DNA of 48,633 bases from Chlamydiota bacterium (GTDB taxonomy: Bacteria > Chlamydiota > Chlamydiia > Chlamydiales > JABHNK01). Made by a program: the position numbers and the translations under genes. The stretch is from positions 1-48,633 of the forward strand of contig JBNJDP010000005.1 of the NCBI GenBank assembly GCA_051744985.1, read 5' to 3'. Shown here in pieces: positions 40,450-48,633 of the stretch; within the stretch, counting starts at the first letter, position 1; every line of letters starts with the position of its first letter. The notes beneath the pieces were generated by a model. The model worked only from the letters and a program-made list of their open reading frames with translations, was not told the origin of the DNA and did not search any database.

Positions 40450-41532
40450 TTAAGCTTGGATTTGGCGGGGCTTAGCAGCTTCGCCATATTTTCCAAGGTT
40501 ATATTCTTTAGCCATCTCTTCCAAAGTTACAAAAGGTACAGCATGAGCATGGCCAGATTGGCCAAATTGCTGCATACGCTCTTCACAAACTTTTTGCATA
40601 GCGTCTCTGGCAGGTGTCAGATACTTGCGAGGGTCGAAAACCTCGGGGCTTTCGCTCATAACTTTTCTTATAGCGCTTGTGATCGCCAACCTATTATCAG
40701 TATCGACATTGACCTTGCGCACACCTGCACGTATTCCTCGCTGGATAGCTTCTACAGGAACCCCGTAGGTTTCGGGGATTTCTCCTCCATATTGGTTGAT
40801 AAGCTGTATTAAATCTTGAGGGACGGAGCTGCTGCCATGCATGACCAAGTGGCAGTTAGGGATTTTCTTGTGGATTTCTTCAATTCTGTCTAGAGCTAGC
40901 ACATCACCGGTAGGCTTTTTAGTAAACTTATAAGCTCCATGGCTGGTGCCGATGGCTACTGCTAAAGCGTCGACGCCGGTGCGTTGGACAAAGTCGATAG
41001 CTTGATCGGGGTCGGTAAGTAGCTGGTCGAGGGTTAGCTTACCTTCAGCGCCATGGCCATCTTCTTTGTCGCCAGTGCCAGTTTCTAGGGAGCCTAGGAC
41101 CCCTAGTTCACCTTCTACCGAAACTCCTAAGGAGTGGGCAACATCAACGACATAGCGGGTGACGGCGACATTGTATTCGTAGCTGGAAGGGGTTTTGCCG
41201 TCAGCCTCGAGGGAGCCGTCCATCATCACACTCGTAAAACCTTGTTGGATAGCACTCAAGCAGGTCTCTGGGCTGTTGCCATGATCTTGGTGCATGACAA
41301 TCGGAATATCGGGATATAGTTCCGAAGCTGCTATCATCAGATGACGAAGGAAATTATCGTTAGTATACTTGCGTGCTCCTCGGCTAGCTTGGATGATAAC
41401 GGGACTGTTGGTGACTCTGGCGGCTTGCATGATAGCCTGAATTTGCTCCATGTTATTAACATTGAGAGCACAGATGCCGAACTTATTTTCTGCGGCATAG
41501 TCTAATAAGGGTCTTAAGGGAATCAAAGCCAT
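40450..41532 (-). CDS. fba: fructose-bisphosphate aldolase class II-B (CbbA/Calvin-cycle subtype)
   Basis: [48 protein letters not shown]; AGGAG RBS. Confidence 0.93.
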   Translation of the reverse strand: MALIPLRPLLDYAAENKFGICALNVNNMEQIQAIMQAARVTNSPVIIQASRGARKYTNDNFLRHLMIAASELYPDIPIVMHQDHGNSPETCLSAIQQGFTSVMMDGSLEADGKTPSSYEYNVAVTRYVVDVAHSLGVSVEGELGVLGSLETGTGDKEDGHGAEGKLTLDQLLTDPDQAIDFVQRTGVDALAVAIGTSHGAYKFTKKPTGDVLALDRIEEIHKKIPNCHLVMHGSSSVPQDLIQLINQYGGEIPETYGVPVEAIQRGIRAGVRKVNVDTDNRLAITSAIRKVMSESPEVFDPRKYLTPARDAMQKVCEERMQQFGQSGHAHAVPFVTLEEMAKEYNLGKYGEAAKPRQIQA

Positions 41533-41973
41533 AAAATACCTCTCCTTTAAAATTGATTTTTACCTTTAAGCTTCAGTCATAATATCAATGGATAATAATT
41601 TCAACTTCCGATTTTATGAGGGGGGGCTAGCCGCTCTCTGTTATTAGCTTCATTAAGCTCTCAAAGCACCCTAGAGTATTGATTGTTATGGTAAAAAATC
41701 CGTGCTAAACGATTTCCTACATTACTTGATTATCAGACCTGTATATTGAGCTTTCTTCCTTTACCTCGGTCGTCTCCATCTTCTATTGACGTTAGACAGC
41801 AAGTTCATCTTTAAGTTATGTTATAGCGCTCTTTGTTGTTAATATGTAAACCAAAAAATCTACGGTATTATGCTACTCCGCTAGGGGATATCAGTCCATT
41901 GAGGCGTTCTCCTTCGAGTCTTTACCCTGTGGTTGCGATCTAATCCGAGGTGTCGAGTTATTAGTTTCTTGGA

Positions 41974-41986
41974 AATCAAGGAGTTA
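41974..41986 (+). promoter_or_regulatory. IHF-consensus site
   Basis: AATCAAGGAGTTA exactly matches WATCAANNNNTTR, in a divergent intergenic region. Confidence 0.35.
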
Positions 41987-42060
41987 TGAGGGTTTTAATC
42001 TTTTTTGTGGTTGCTAAAAATAGTCTTAGATAGAGTATAGTATCAAAATTAAAGTAATTG

Positions 42061-44139
42061 ATGAGAGTTTTTATGAGAGGTAGCAGCGACATTAAGCAGA
42101 TCCTTGACGAGGTTTTGTGCTCGAAAAATTACGAGCGGTTGGATGAGCTTAAAGGTTGGGAAAAGATTTCTAGCCTTTCTGATGATGATCGCGAGCTCCT
42201 AGGAGTGCTGTTTCTCAAGGCGGGAGAATCCAAGCTTAACACCGATGAAATCGGGGCGCGGCGATCTTTTGATCTCGCCCTGGAGGTTGCGCCTAAAAAC
42301 CCGGAAGTTCTTTACCAGAAGGGGGAAATTTATGCTAAGCAGAAAAATAGTATAAGCTCTTTGAAGTCAGCCATCGACTATTTTCGGCAGACAGTGGAAC
42401 TTGATAACACCTTTTGGCAAGCATGGTTTAAGTGGGCCTGTTCTCTTAAACGTTTGGCGGACATTTTGGGTGATTCTTTTTATTATCAAAAAGCTGACGA
42501 AAAATTTCATCACGCCGAAAAGCTGGTACCTCAGAATAAAGAACAGCGAGGAGATTTCTATTGGCAGTGGGGCTTGACATGGTATGAAAGCGGCCGGCAG
42601 TCTGAGGAGATCTATGATTATAAGATTGCTTTGGATAAGTTCGGTGAAGCTAGAACCTATGGAGCGCGTAGCCCTCAATTTTGGAATGATTATGCCCAAG
42701 CTCTTGCAGCTATGGGTAGGATCTCTGAGCGCCCAGAATTCCTGGAAGATGCTATCAGGTTTTACCGTAAAGCTGTTATGCAAGATCAGCAGCATTTTGA
42801 TGGTTGGTATAATTTAGCTTGCCTGCTTTCTTCAGAATATGAGAAAGACCCCCAAGAGAAAACTTTTTTTGAAGCCCACAATAGCTTTAGTAAAGCTTCG
42901 CGGATCGATGGCAGCCGCTGTGTCTTATGGTTAAAGTGGGGGCAGCTGTTAGCTTTTTCAGGAAAGATTAGAAGGCATGTTAAACGCTTAGAGCATGCCA
43001 TTAGCAAATATGCTAGCGCTAAGCGCTTACAGCCCGATCACCCTGTGGTCTATCGACAATTTGGGGAAGTTTTACTGATTTTAGGAAGCTTGATAGATTC
43101 GATAGACTTCCTTAAACAAGCCGAAAGCAATATCGTTAAAGCTTTGGAGATGGCTCCCGATGACCACGCTGCTTGGTACCATTATGGTCGCTGTTTGATA
43201 GCTTTAGGGCGCTATTTTGATGATGAAAGCTATTGCCACCAAGCTATCCAGAAATTTCAGCATGGTTTGAAGCTCGAAGATAATTCTCCTTTGCAATGGT
43301 ATGGCAATGCTTTAGCTTATCTTGCTATAGCCGAGATGAACCGTGATATCGAGCTATTATATAAAGCCGATCATTGCTTTAAACAGGCTTATAGTATTGG
43401 TGAAACCTATCCAGGCTTTTGGAATAATTGGGGGGTAGTATTGATCTGCATGGCAGAGTTTTCTGATGATAAATCTTCGCTAGCTGAAGCCGTCGAAAAG
43501 TTCGAGCACCTCTTGAATAATTACCCTGAAGAGCGTCAAGAAGCGGAATGGTTTTATAATTATGGTTGCACTTTAGATTTTCTGGGAGAACATACAGGCG
43601 ACGAAGAGTATTTTAATCTGGCGGTACAGCATCTTACTAGAGCTATCGTTCTCGATCCCGACAATAATGAAGCTTGCTATAACCTAGCCTTAGCACTTTC
43701 TCATTTAGGGGTTGCTAGTGGTGAATTGGAGCACCTGTATCGTTCGATAGAGTTTTTTCAAAGTGTTATCAATAGTGAAGAAGAAGATGATATGGCCTGG
43801 AATGAGTGGGGGATGGCGCTATTATGTCTTTCTCAAATGGTCTCCGATCCTGCTTGCCCTGAGAGTCATCATAAATTTCAGACAGAAGCCGAAGAAAAAT
43901 TTATGCGCGCAGCTTCGTTAGGCAACTTATCAGCTTTATACAATCTTGCAACGCTGTATTCTCTAGCAGAAAAATATGAAGAAGCTATCTACTACTTGGA
44001 GCGATCTTATGAACAAGGCGGCTTACCGAAAATCGAAGAGATCTTAACCGATAGTTGGTTAGAAGGGTTGAAAACCAGGCCTAGATTCCGGGAATTTCTG
44101 GATTATGTTCAACGTGATAGAGAACAGGAAGAGCTGTAA
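42061..44139 (+). CDS. tetratricopeptide repeat protein
   Basis: many TPR units (W/Y..LG/A...A...F..A...P); C-terminal ALYNLATLYSL unit; start uncertain (42058/42061/42073). Confidence 0.9.
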   Translation: MRVFMRGSSDIKQILDEVLCSKNYERLDELKGWEKISSLSDDDRELLGVLFLKAGESKLNTDEIGARRSFDLALEVAPKNPEVLYQKGEIYAKQKNSISSLKSAIDYFRQTVELDNTFWQAWFKWACSLKRLADILGDSFYYQKADEKFHHAEKLVPQNKEQRGDFYWQWGLTWYESGRQSEEIYDYKIALDKFGEARTYGARSPQFWNDYAQALAAMGRISERPEFLEDAIRFYRKAVMQDQQHFDGWYNLACLLSSEYEKDPQEKTFFEAHNSFSKASRIDGSRCVLWLKWGQLLAFSGKIRRHVKRLEHAISKYASAKRLQPDHPVVYRQFGEVLLILGSLIDSIDFLKQAESNIVKALEMAPDDHAAWYHYGRCLIALGRYFDDESYCHQAIQKFQHGLKLEDNSPLQWYGNALAYLAIAEMNRDIELLYKADHCFKQAYSIGETYPGFWNNWGVVLICMAEFSDDKSSLAEAVEKFEHLLNNYPEERQEAEWFYNYGCTLDFLGEHTGDEEYFNLAVQHLTRAIVLDPDNNEACYNLALALSHLGVASGELEHLYRSIEFFQSVINSEEEDDMAWNEWGMALLCLSQMVSDPACPESHHKFQTEAEEKFMRAASLGNLSALYNLATLYSLAEKYEEAIYYLERSYEQGGLPKIEEILTDSWLEGLKTRPRFREFLDYVQRDREQEEL

Positions 44140-44146
44140 AATAGGC

Positions 44147-44175
44147 TTGCATTAAAGGCCTAGAAGGTATAAATT
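44147..44175 (+). promoter_or_regulatory. putative sigma70/sigma66 promoter for mgtE
   Basis: TTGCAT (44147-44152), 17-bp spacer, TAAATT (44170-44175). Confidence 0.4.
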
Positions 44176-44235
44176 TCACTTTCTGTGTTAGGGTGACGGA
44201 ATTATAATGTAAATAGAAGCTATAAGAGGTGACTT

Positions 44236-45690
44236 ATGACTGAAGAAAGAGATGAAACTATTGTCGCCCATGCCTCTACTAGTATGACTGACACAAAAAC
44301 CTCTCAACTCGATGACCTGCTGGCCGGCACTCTTGAGCGTGCCTTATATAAAGAAGATGAAGATGAACAGCGCCACGATATAGCCAAAATCGTCAGCGAG
44401 CATTCGCCCCTGGATTTAGCTTACGCTACTGTCAATTTACCCTCATCATTTAGGTTCAAAGTTTATGAGCATCTAGAAAGCTTGGATGCTCAAGTTGTGT
44501 TCTTAATCAGCACCGATCGCAAAACACGGCGTCTCGTCTTTAAGCATCTTGAAGATGATGATATTAAGCTTATTGTCGACCAGATGCCGGCAGATGAAGC
44601 GGTATCGATCTTGGATGATTTGCCGGAATGGCGCTTCAAAGCTATTCTAGAGATCTTGGAAACGGAAAAAGCTGAACATATCCGTGAATTGGAGCAGTAT
44701 GACTTTAATACTGCCGGACGCTTGATGACCAATGAATTTTTTGCTTTTTCCCGAGAGAGAACCATCGGTGAGGTATCAAAATATATTCGTAACAACCCTA
44801 GGGTAGACTTTAGCCGACGGATTTTTGTCTTGGATGACGAAGGAGAGCTCGAAGGGTATGTTTCGGCGCGGAACCTTTTAATCAACAAGCCTACTACTCT
44901 TTTGCGTCACGTGATGCGCCCTATTCACCATACTGTTGGCCCTTATGCTTCTCGTACAGAGTTTATCGATATCGTCGAGCGTTATAAGATTTCGACGCTC
45001 CCCGTTATTGACGAAGAACATCGCTTGATAGGGGTTATCACTCATGATGATGTGATCGAGATTATGGAAGACTTTGCCGACGATACTATTGCTCAGATTG
45101 CAGGTACTGTTGAAGATGTTGGAGAACATGAGCCGATCTTTAAGCGCTTTCTTTTGCGGGCTCCTTGGCTGATAGTAACTCTTTGTGCTGGCACTATTAT
45201 TGCTACTGGCTTGTCAGCTTTACAGCATCATGCTTGGTATGTGATGATCTCTTTTTTTGTACCTTTGATCACAGGGATGTCTGGCAATGTGGGTATTCAA
45301 TGTAGTACGATCTTGGTGCGTAGCTTGGCGACAGGGGAGTTGTCGGAAGGGGAAAAAGGCGGGGCGATTTTAAAAGAACTTTCTCTAGGGCTTATCACCG
45401 GCACGATTTTTGGTGTGGCAGGCTTTTTATTGATCTATGCCATGTACGCTTTGGGTCTTAACCCTGCAGATGTTCATCCTTTTGACTTGGGGGCTATAGT
45501 AGGTTCAGGAATTTTAGGCGCTTGCTTGGTATCGAGCAGCTTAGGGGTTTTCTCGCCCCTATTTTTTAATAAAGTTGGTATCGACCCGGCTGTAGCTTCG
45601 GGCCCTATTGTGACCGCGTTTAATGATGTTTTGTCGTCGATGATGTTTTGCTTGATAGCTTATATTGTCAGCACCCTTATGTTCGGCTAG
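44236..45690 (+). CDS. mgtE: magnesium transporter MgtE
   Basis: N-domain, CBS pair (TAGRLMT...LPVID), RAPWL, GMSGNVGIQ, DPAVASGP...ND. Confidence 0.95.
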   Translation: MTEERDETIVAHASTSMTDTKTSQLDDLLAGTLERALYKEDEDEQRHDIAKIVSEHSPLDLAYATVNLPSSFRFKVYEHLESLDAQVVFLISTDRKTRRLVFKHLEDDDIKLIVDQMPADEAVSILDDLPEWRFKAILEILETEKAEHIRELEQYDFNTAGRLMTNEFFAFSRERTIGEVSKYIRNNPRVDFSRRIFVLDDEGELEGYVSARNLLINKPTTLLRHVMRPIHHTVGPYASRTEFIDIVERYKISTLPVIDEEHRLIGVITHDDVIEIMEDFADDTIAQIAGTVEDVGEHEPIFKRFLLRAPWLIVTLCAGTIIATGLSALQHHAWYVMISFFVPLITGMSGNVGIQCSTILVRSLATGELSEGEKGGAILKELSLGLITGTIFGVAGFLLIYAMYALGLNPADVHPFDLGAIVGSGILGACLVSSSLGVFSPLFFNKVGIDPAVASGPIVTAFNDVLSSMMFCLIAYIVSTLMFG

Positions 45691-45693
45691 CCT

Positions 45694-46359
45694 GTGCTTA
45701 AAGGGTGGTTGTTCGCTTGCAAGATTAGATTCTTAAGGCTATTTCAATATTTCCAAGAAGTTACCTCTTACTATCACCATTTTCGTTTTGCTGCTACTGA
45801 TTTACTCTTAATACTAGGATATCTCTGGAAGAATCCCTATCGTCTGAGTCGTCAATATGCTCAAAAATACGGTGATGATAACCTCCATGTCTATGGTGAA
45901 ACTCCTTTAAAGACTTTAGCTAAAATTACTTCTAGGGGGGGAGTGTCAGCTAAAGATAAGATCATAGAGCTAGGAGCCGGAAGAGGAAGAACGGTTTTTT
46001 GGCTTAGCAGCTTTGTCGGATGCCAAGTTGTCGGTATCGAATGTATTCCAGAGTTCGTTAAAAAAGCCCAAGGAATAGCTCGACTAACGAAAACAAATAA
46101 GGTCTCTTTCCTTCTTCAAGATATGTTGGAAGCAGATTTAAAAGGTGCTACGGTGGTTTATCTTTACGGTACTTGCCTAAGTGATGATATCATAGCTCTC
46201 ATCGCTGAAAAATTATCAGACCTTCCGGCGGGAGCTAGAGTCATCACTGTCAGCTATTCTCTTGCAGAATACAGCCCCGAATTTAAAGTTATAGATCAGT
46301 TCCCTGCACAGTTCTTGTGGGGTGAAGGCCAGGTTTTTGTAAACCAGAGGTTGCCCTGA
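45694..46359 (+). CDS. class I SAM-dependent methyltransferase (DOT1-like motif)
   Basis: VYGET followed by IIELGAGRG, VGIE, QDMLEAD; 3 nt after mgtE. Confidence 0.85.
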   Translation: MLKGWLFACKIRFLRLFQYFQEVTSYYHHFRFAATDLLLILGYLWKNPYRLSRQYAQKYGDDNLHVYGETPLKTLAKITSRGGVSAKDKIIELGAGRGRTVFWLSSFVGCQVVGIECIPEFVKKAQGIARLTKTNKVSFLLQDMLEADLKGATVVYLYGTCLSDDIIALIAEKLSDLPAGARVITVSYSLAEYSPEFKVIDQFPAQFLWGEGQVFVNQRLP

Positions 46360-46363
46360 TTTA

Positions 46364-48052
46364 TCACTCGGCTTTGATGAAGATCAGTTCATTTGATAAA
46401 ATCTGGCTGAAGACTTCAGCTGCGGCCTTTCCAGCCTTATAGCATGCTTGGGTGATGTTTTGGCATTGCTGAGGTGTGAGCCCCTGATCTTGCAAAGTTT
46501 GATATTGTATCATAATAATGTCGAGGTTCGCGATAAATTTTCTGATGACTTCTGCTTGTTTTGGAGGATTATGAGGATAGATAGTTTCGGCATATCTTCT
46601 CGCATAATCGTCTTTATGTCCGTAATCATCGACAGCTTGTAATAGTAAGTCTGCACGAGGTCTATAGCTATTGATGACTGTGGTAAGGTCATTTTTAGAG
46701 TATCGAGTTTCTTTTAAATTATAACTCAAGGTTATAGGATCGAAGGCGCCCAAGATTTTCGTGATGGGTTGAGTGATATATTCAACCCGACAGGTGATGG
46801 GGAGGGCATGGTAGATACTATCGGCAAACTGTTTGGGAAAGAAGTGGCTCTGGCCTACGCCTCTTAGAGCTTCTAAAATTTGTCTTTGTCCTATATTAGA
46901 AGCGTCTATCTTAGAGAACTTCTGGCTCTTCAGGGTGACTATCCTGGCAGTATCAGTTACTAGCGCCTGGCGGTACTCGAAAGCCATCCTTTGAGGGTCG
47001 AATAAACGTTGCTGTATACCGCTATCGATCAAACGTCTAGACTCTAGGCGGGCGCTACGGCCATTATTTTGGATGAAGCTTGCAGAAAGATTCCTTCCTT
47101 CAGGGTCGACATACCAGGCAAAGAAAGGCTCCGGGTAATAAGGGGCTTGAGGGAATATTTCACTTATCGCTGTTCTGACTTTCATATCCAACAAAACCCC
47201 TAGGCGAATTGAGGGCCACTGATCGGCAGCTGCTGAATATCCTAAGGTAAGGAGGTGGGGGAAGTTTTCGTTAGCTTGGTTAACAACATCGCGGGCATGG
47301 CTCAAAATGCCTTGGCCTTGCTCGTCACAGATGCTGATAAAGTCGGGGTCCATGGTAGCTAGGTATACTAAACGGTGTTCTTGCTCATAAAAACGTCTTA
47401 TCAGCTCAGCAGTAGCTTTGGAGTTTTTGATAGTCTCTCTGATAGCTTGGTAGGGGATACGAGAGGAGATCTGAGAAGTTTCTAGCTCCTTCAAAATTCT
47501 GGCACCTTTTTGGGGTTTTAAAACCTTTAATAGGAAATAGGCTTTTTCTTTAGGGTGCAGCTTTTGATCTTGAAAGGAGGGCTTAGCTTCCCATGGCAGT
47601 TGCCATAAAAATGCCAAGGCCCGAAAGGCTATCCCTTCGACCTCGGGGAGGTTTGCGATATAGTCTCTAAACTGTTGATTAGCTTTCGGATCGATAGAAT
47701 AAACTTTATTGAAACCTATGGTAACGGCAGGTTTTTCTTCCGAACGAGGTCCATAGCTTTCTTCTTTGATGTTCTTAAGCACAAGATTTAACTTAGCATA
47801 ATCTTCACCGGAGGGGACGAAGGGGATATTGAGGACAAAAGCGGGGTCTTCATTATTATGAAGGGGGAGGTTATTGTGAAGGCGGAGGGCGGTTACTTCG
47901 TGGTTAGAAATGAAGCCCACCTTATTGGGGGGTAACTGATAAGGGAAATACTCTTCAGGAGAATCTTCAGTAAAACATTGATATAGCCATGGCTGATTAT
48001 AGGTCTTGACTTTGAAATGGTCGATATATTGCTGCTCGTTTTCTAACCGCAT
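46364..48052 (-). CDS. hypothetical protein, possible GT-A glycosyltransferase fold
   Basis: 562-aa ORF; hydrophobic strand followed by DxD (VYLATMDPD); no confident family. Confidence 0.7.
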   Translation of the reverse strand: MRLENEQQYIDHFKVKTYNQPWLYQCFTEDSPEEYFPYQLPPNKVGFISNHEVTALRLHNNLPLHNNEDPAFVLNIPFVPSGEDYAKLNLVLKNIKEESYGPRSEEKPAVTIGFNKVYSIDPKANQQFRDYIANLPEVEGIAFRALAFLWQLPWEAKPSFQDQKLHPKEKAYFLLKVLKPQKGARILKELETSQISSRIPYQAIRETIKNSKATAELIRRFYEQEHRLVYLATMDPDFISICDEQGQGILSHARDVVNQANENFPHLLTLGYSAAADQWPSIRLGVLLDMKVRTAISEIFPQAPYYPEPFFAWYVDPEGRNLSASFIQNNGRSARLESRRLIDSGIQQRLFDPQRMAFEYRQALVTDTARIVTLKSQKFSKIDASNIGQRQILEALRGVGQSHFFPKQFADSIYHALPITCRVEYITQPITKILGAFDPITLSYNLKETRYSKNDLTTVINSYRPRADLLLQAVDDYGHKDDYARRYAETIYPHNPPKQAEVIRKFIANLDIIMIQYQTLQDQGLTPQQCQNITQACYKAGKAAAEVFSQILSNELIFIKAE

Positions 48053-48263
48053 ATTATCTCACGCTTAATTTAAGCATAAGTATATGATAATCAGGGATAT
48101 AATTCAATGTTTACAGGAGCTTGCATAGCAAACCTTAACTATTAATGAATTATAAAGTAGTCCACTCTTAGCGGATGGAAAGAAAGTGTAACACAATATT
48201 TTAAGATCTTATGCTAAATAAAACCCTGGTATTGTGGGGCGGTGCCGTGTAAAATGGATGCTT

Positions 48264-48590
48264 ATGGACAACTATTTTATCAAAGATATCTACGAAAAAA
48301 ACCGCTCTATGCTCAGCTTTGAGGGAGCGTTGAACCTTCATTACCTCCTTGCTCAGACACTGCTTCTCGATGTCGCTGGCGATGTGGTAGAGGTGGGATG
48401 CTACCGTGGCTTGACGGCCATCCTCATCCAGAAAACTCTCGAAGCCTATGTCAGCAGCAAGCGCTTGCATGTCTACGATTCCTTTGATGGTCTTCCTAAT
48501 AAAACTGTTGAAGACCTCGTCGAAAGTGCCGAGCATCCTGAATTCCCGCCAACTCATAACGAGGTTGGCGGCTCAATTCCAAGGTCGTGA
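48264..48590 (+). pseudogene. truncated TylF/MycF/NovP-type O-methyltransferase
   Basis: GDVVEVGCYRG and LHVYDSFDGLP motifs; stops at about half the usual length just after a GC-rich hairpin; start uncertain (48234/48258/48264). Confidence 0.6.
48540..48579. repeat. GC-rich imperfect palindrome, possible end of an inserted repeat/MITE-like element
   Basis: ccgccaactc-ataac-gaggttggcgg (48546-48571, one bulge) flanked by gaatt/aattc. Confidence 0.5.
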
Positions 48591-48633
48591 TATAGCAACT
48601 TCTGTTTTTCAAGTATTTCACCTACTCGTATTG

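Noticed and set aside
41799-41826. dif-like site (TTATGTTATAG resembles the XerD arm)
   Set aside because: No matching XerC arm ending in ATAA at 6-bp spacing
41900-41936. tRNA fragment suggested by TTCGAGTC
   Set aside because: No T-stem pairing or cloverleaf around it
41922-42014. sigma54 promoters or DnaA boxes at the TGTGGTTGC repeats
   Set aside because: No GG at -24 spacing; three mismatches to TGTGGATAA
1-48633. CRISPR array, rRNA, tRNA, transposase or prophage genes
   Set aside because: No regularly spaced repeats, RNA-gene signatures or such protein motifs seen by eye; a covariance-model scan was not possible

Overview
Gene-dense, AT-rich bacterial chromosome segment. Its gene order (rpmE2-prfA-prmC-ffh-rpsP-trmD-rplS-rnhB...gmk-omega-like-metG; nadK-dxs-xseB-xseA/tpiA-secG-def; HEAT-repeat gene-maf) points to an environmental member of the phylum Chlamydiae; this is inferred from synteny and not from a search. 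The housekeeping backbone is interrupted by accessory genes. The largest block (~22.2-36.4 kb) encodes an orphan secreted protein, a CPH-type copper P1B-ATPase and a compact NRPS operon: small membrane protein, MFS transporter, 2354-aa C-A-T-C-A-T-TE NRPS and Sfp-type PPTase. The hand-read specificity codes suggest an N-acylated Gly-X dipeptide, where X may be a basic residue. Other notable items are a single-chain MlaF-MlaE ABC fusion, an atypical transaldolase, a class II-B aldolase, several effector-like orphans (ankyrin-like, DOT1-like methyltransferase, DxD glycosyltransferase-like) and a TylF-type methyltransferase that appears cut short by a palindromic element at the window end. No tRNA, rRNA, CRISPR array or transposase was recognised. 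All motif and code readings were done by eye.
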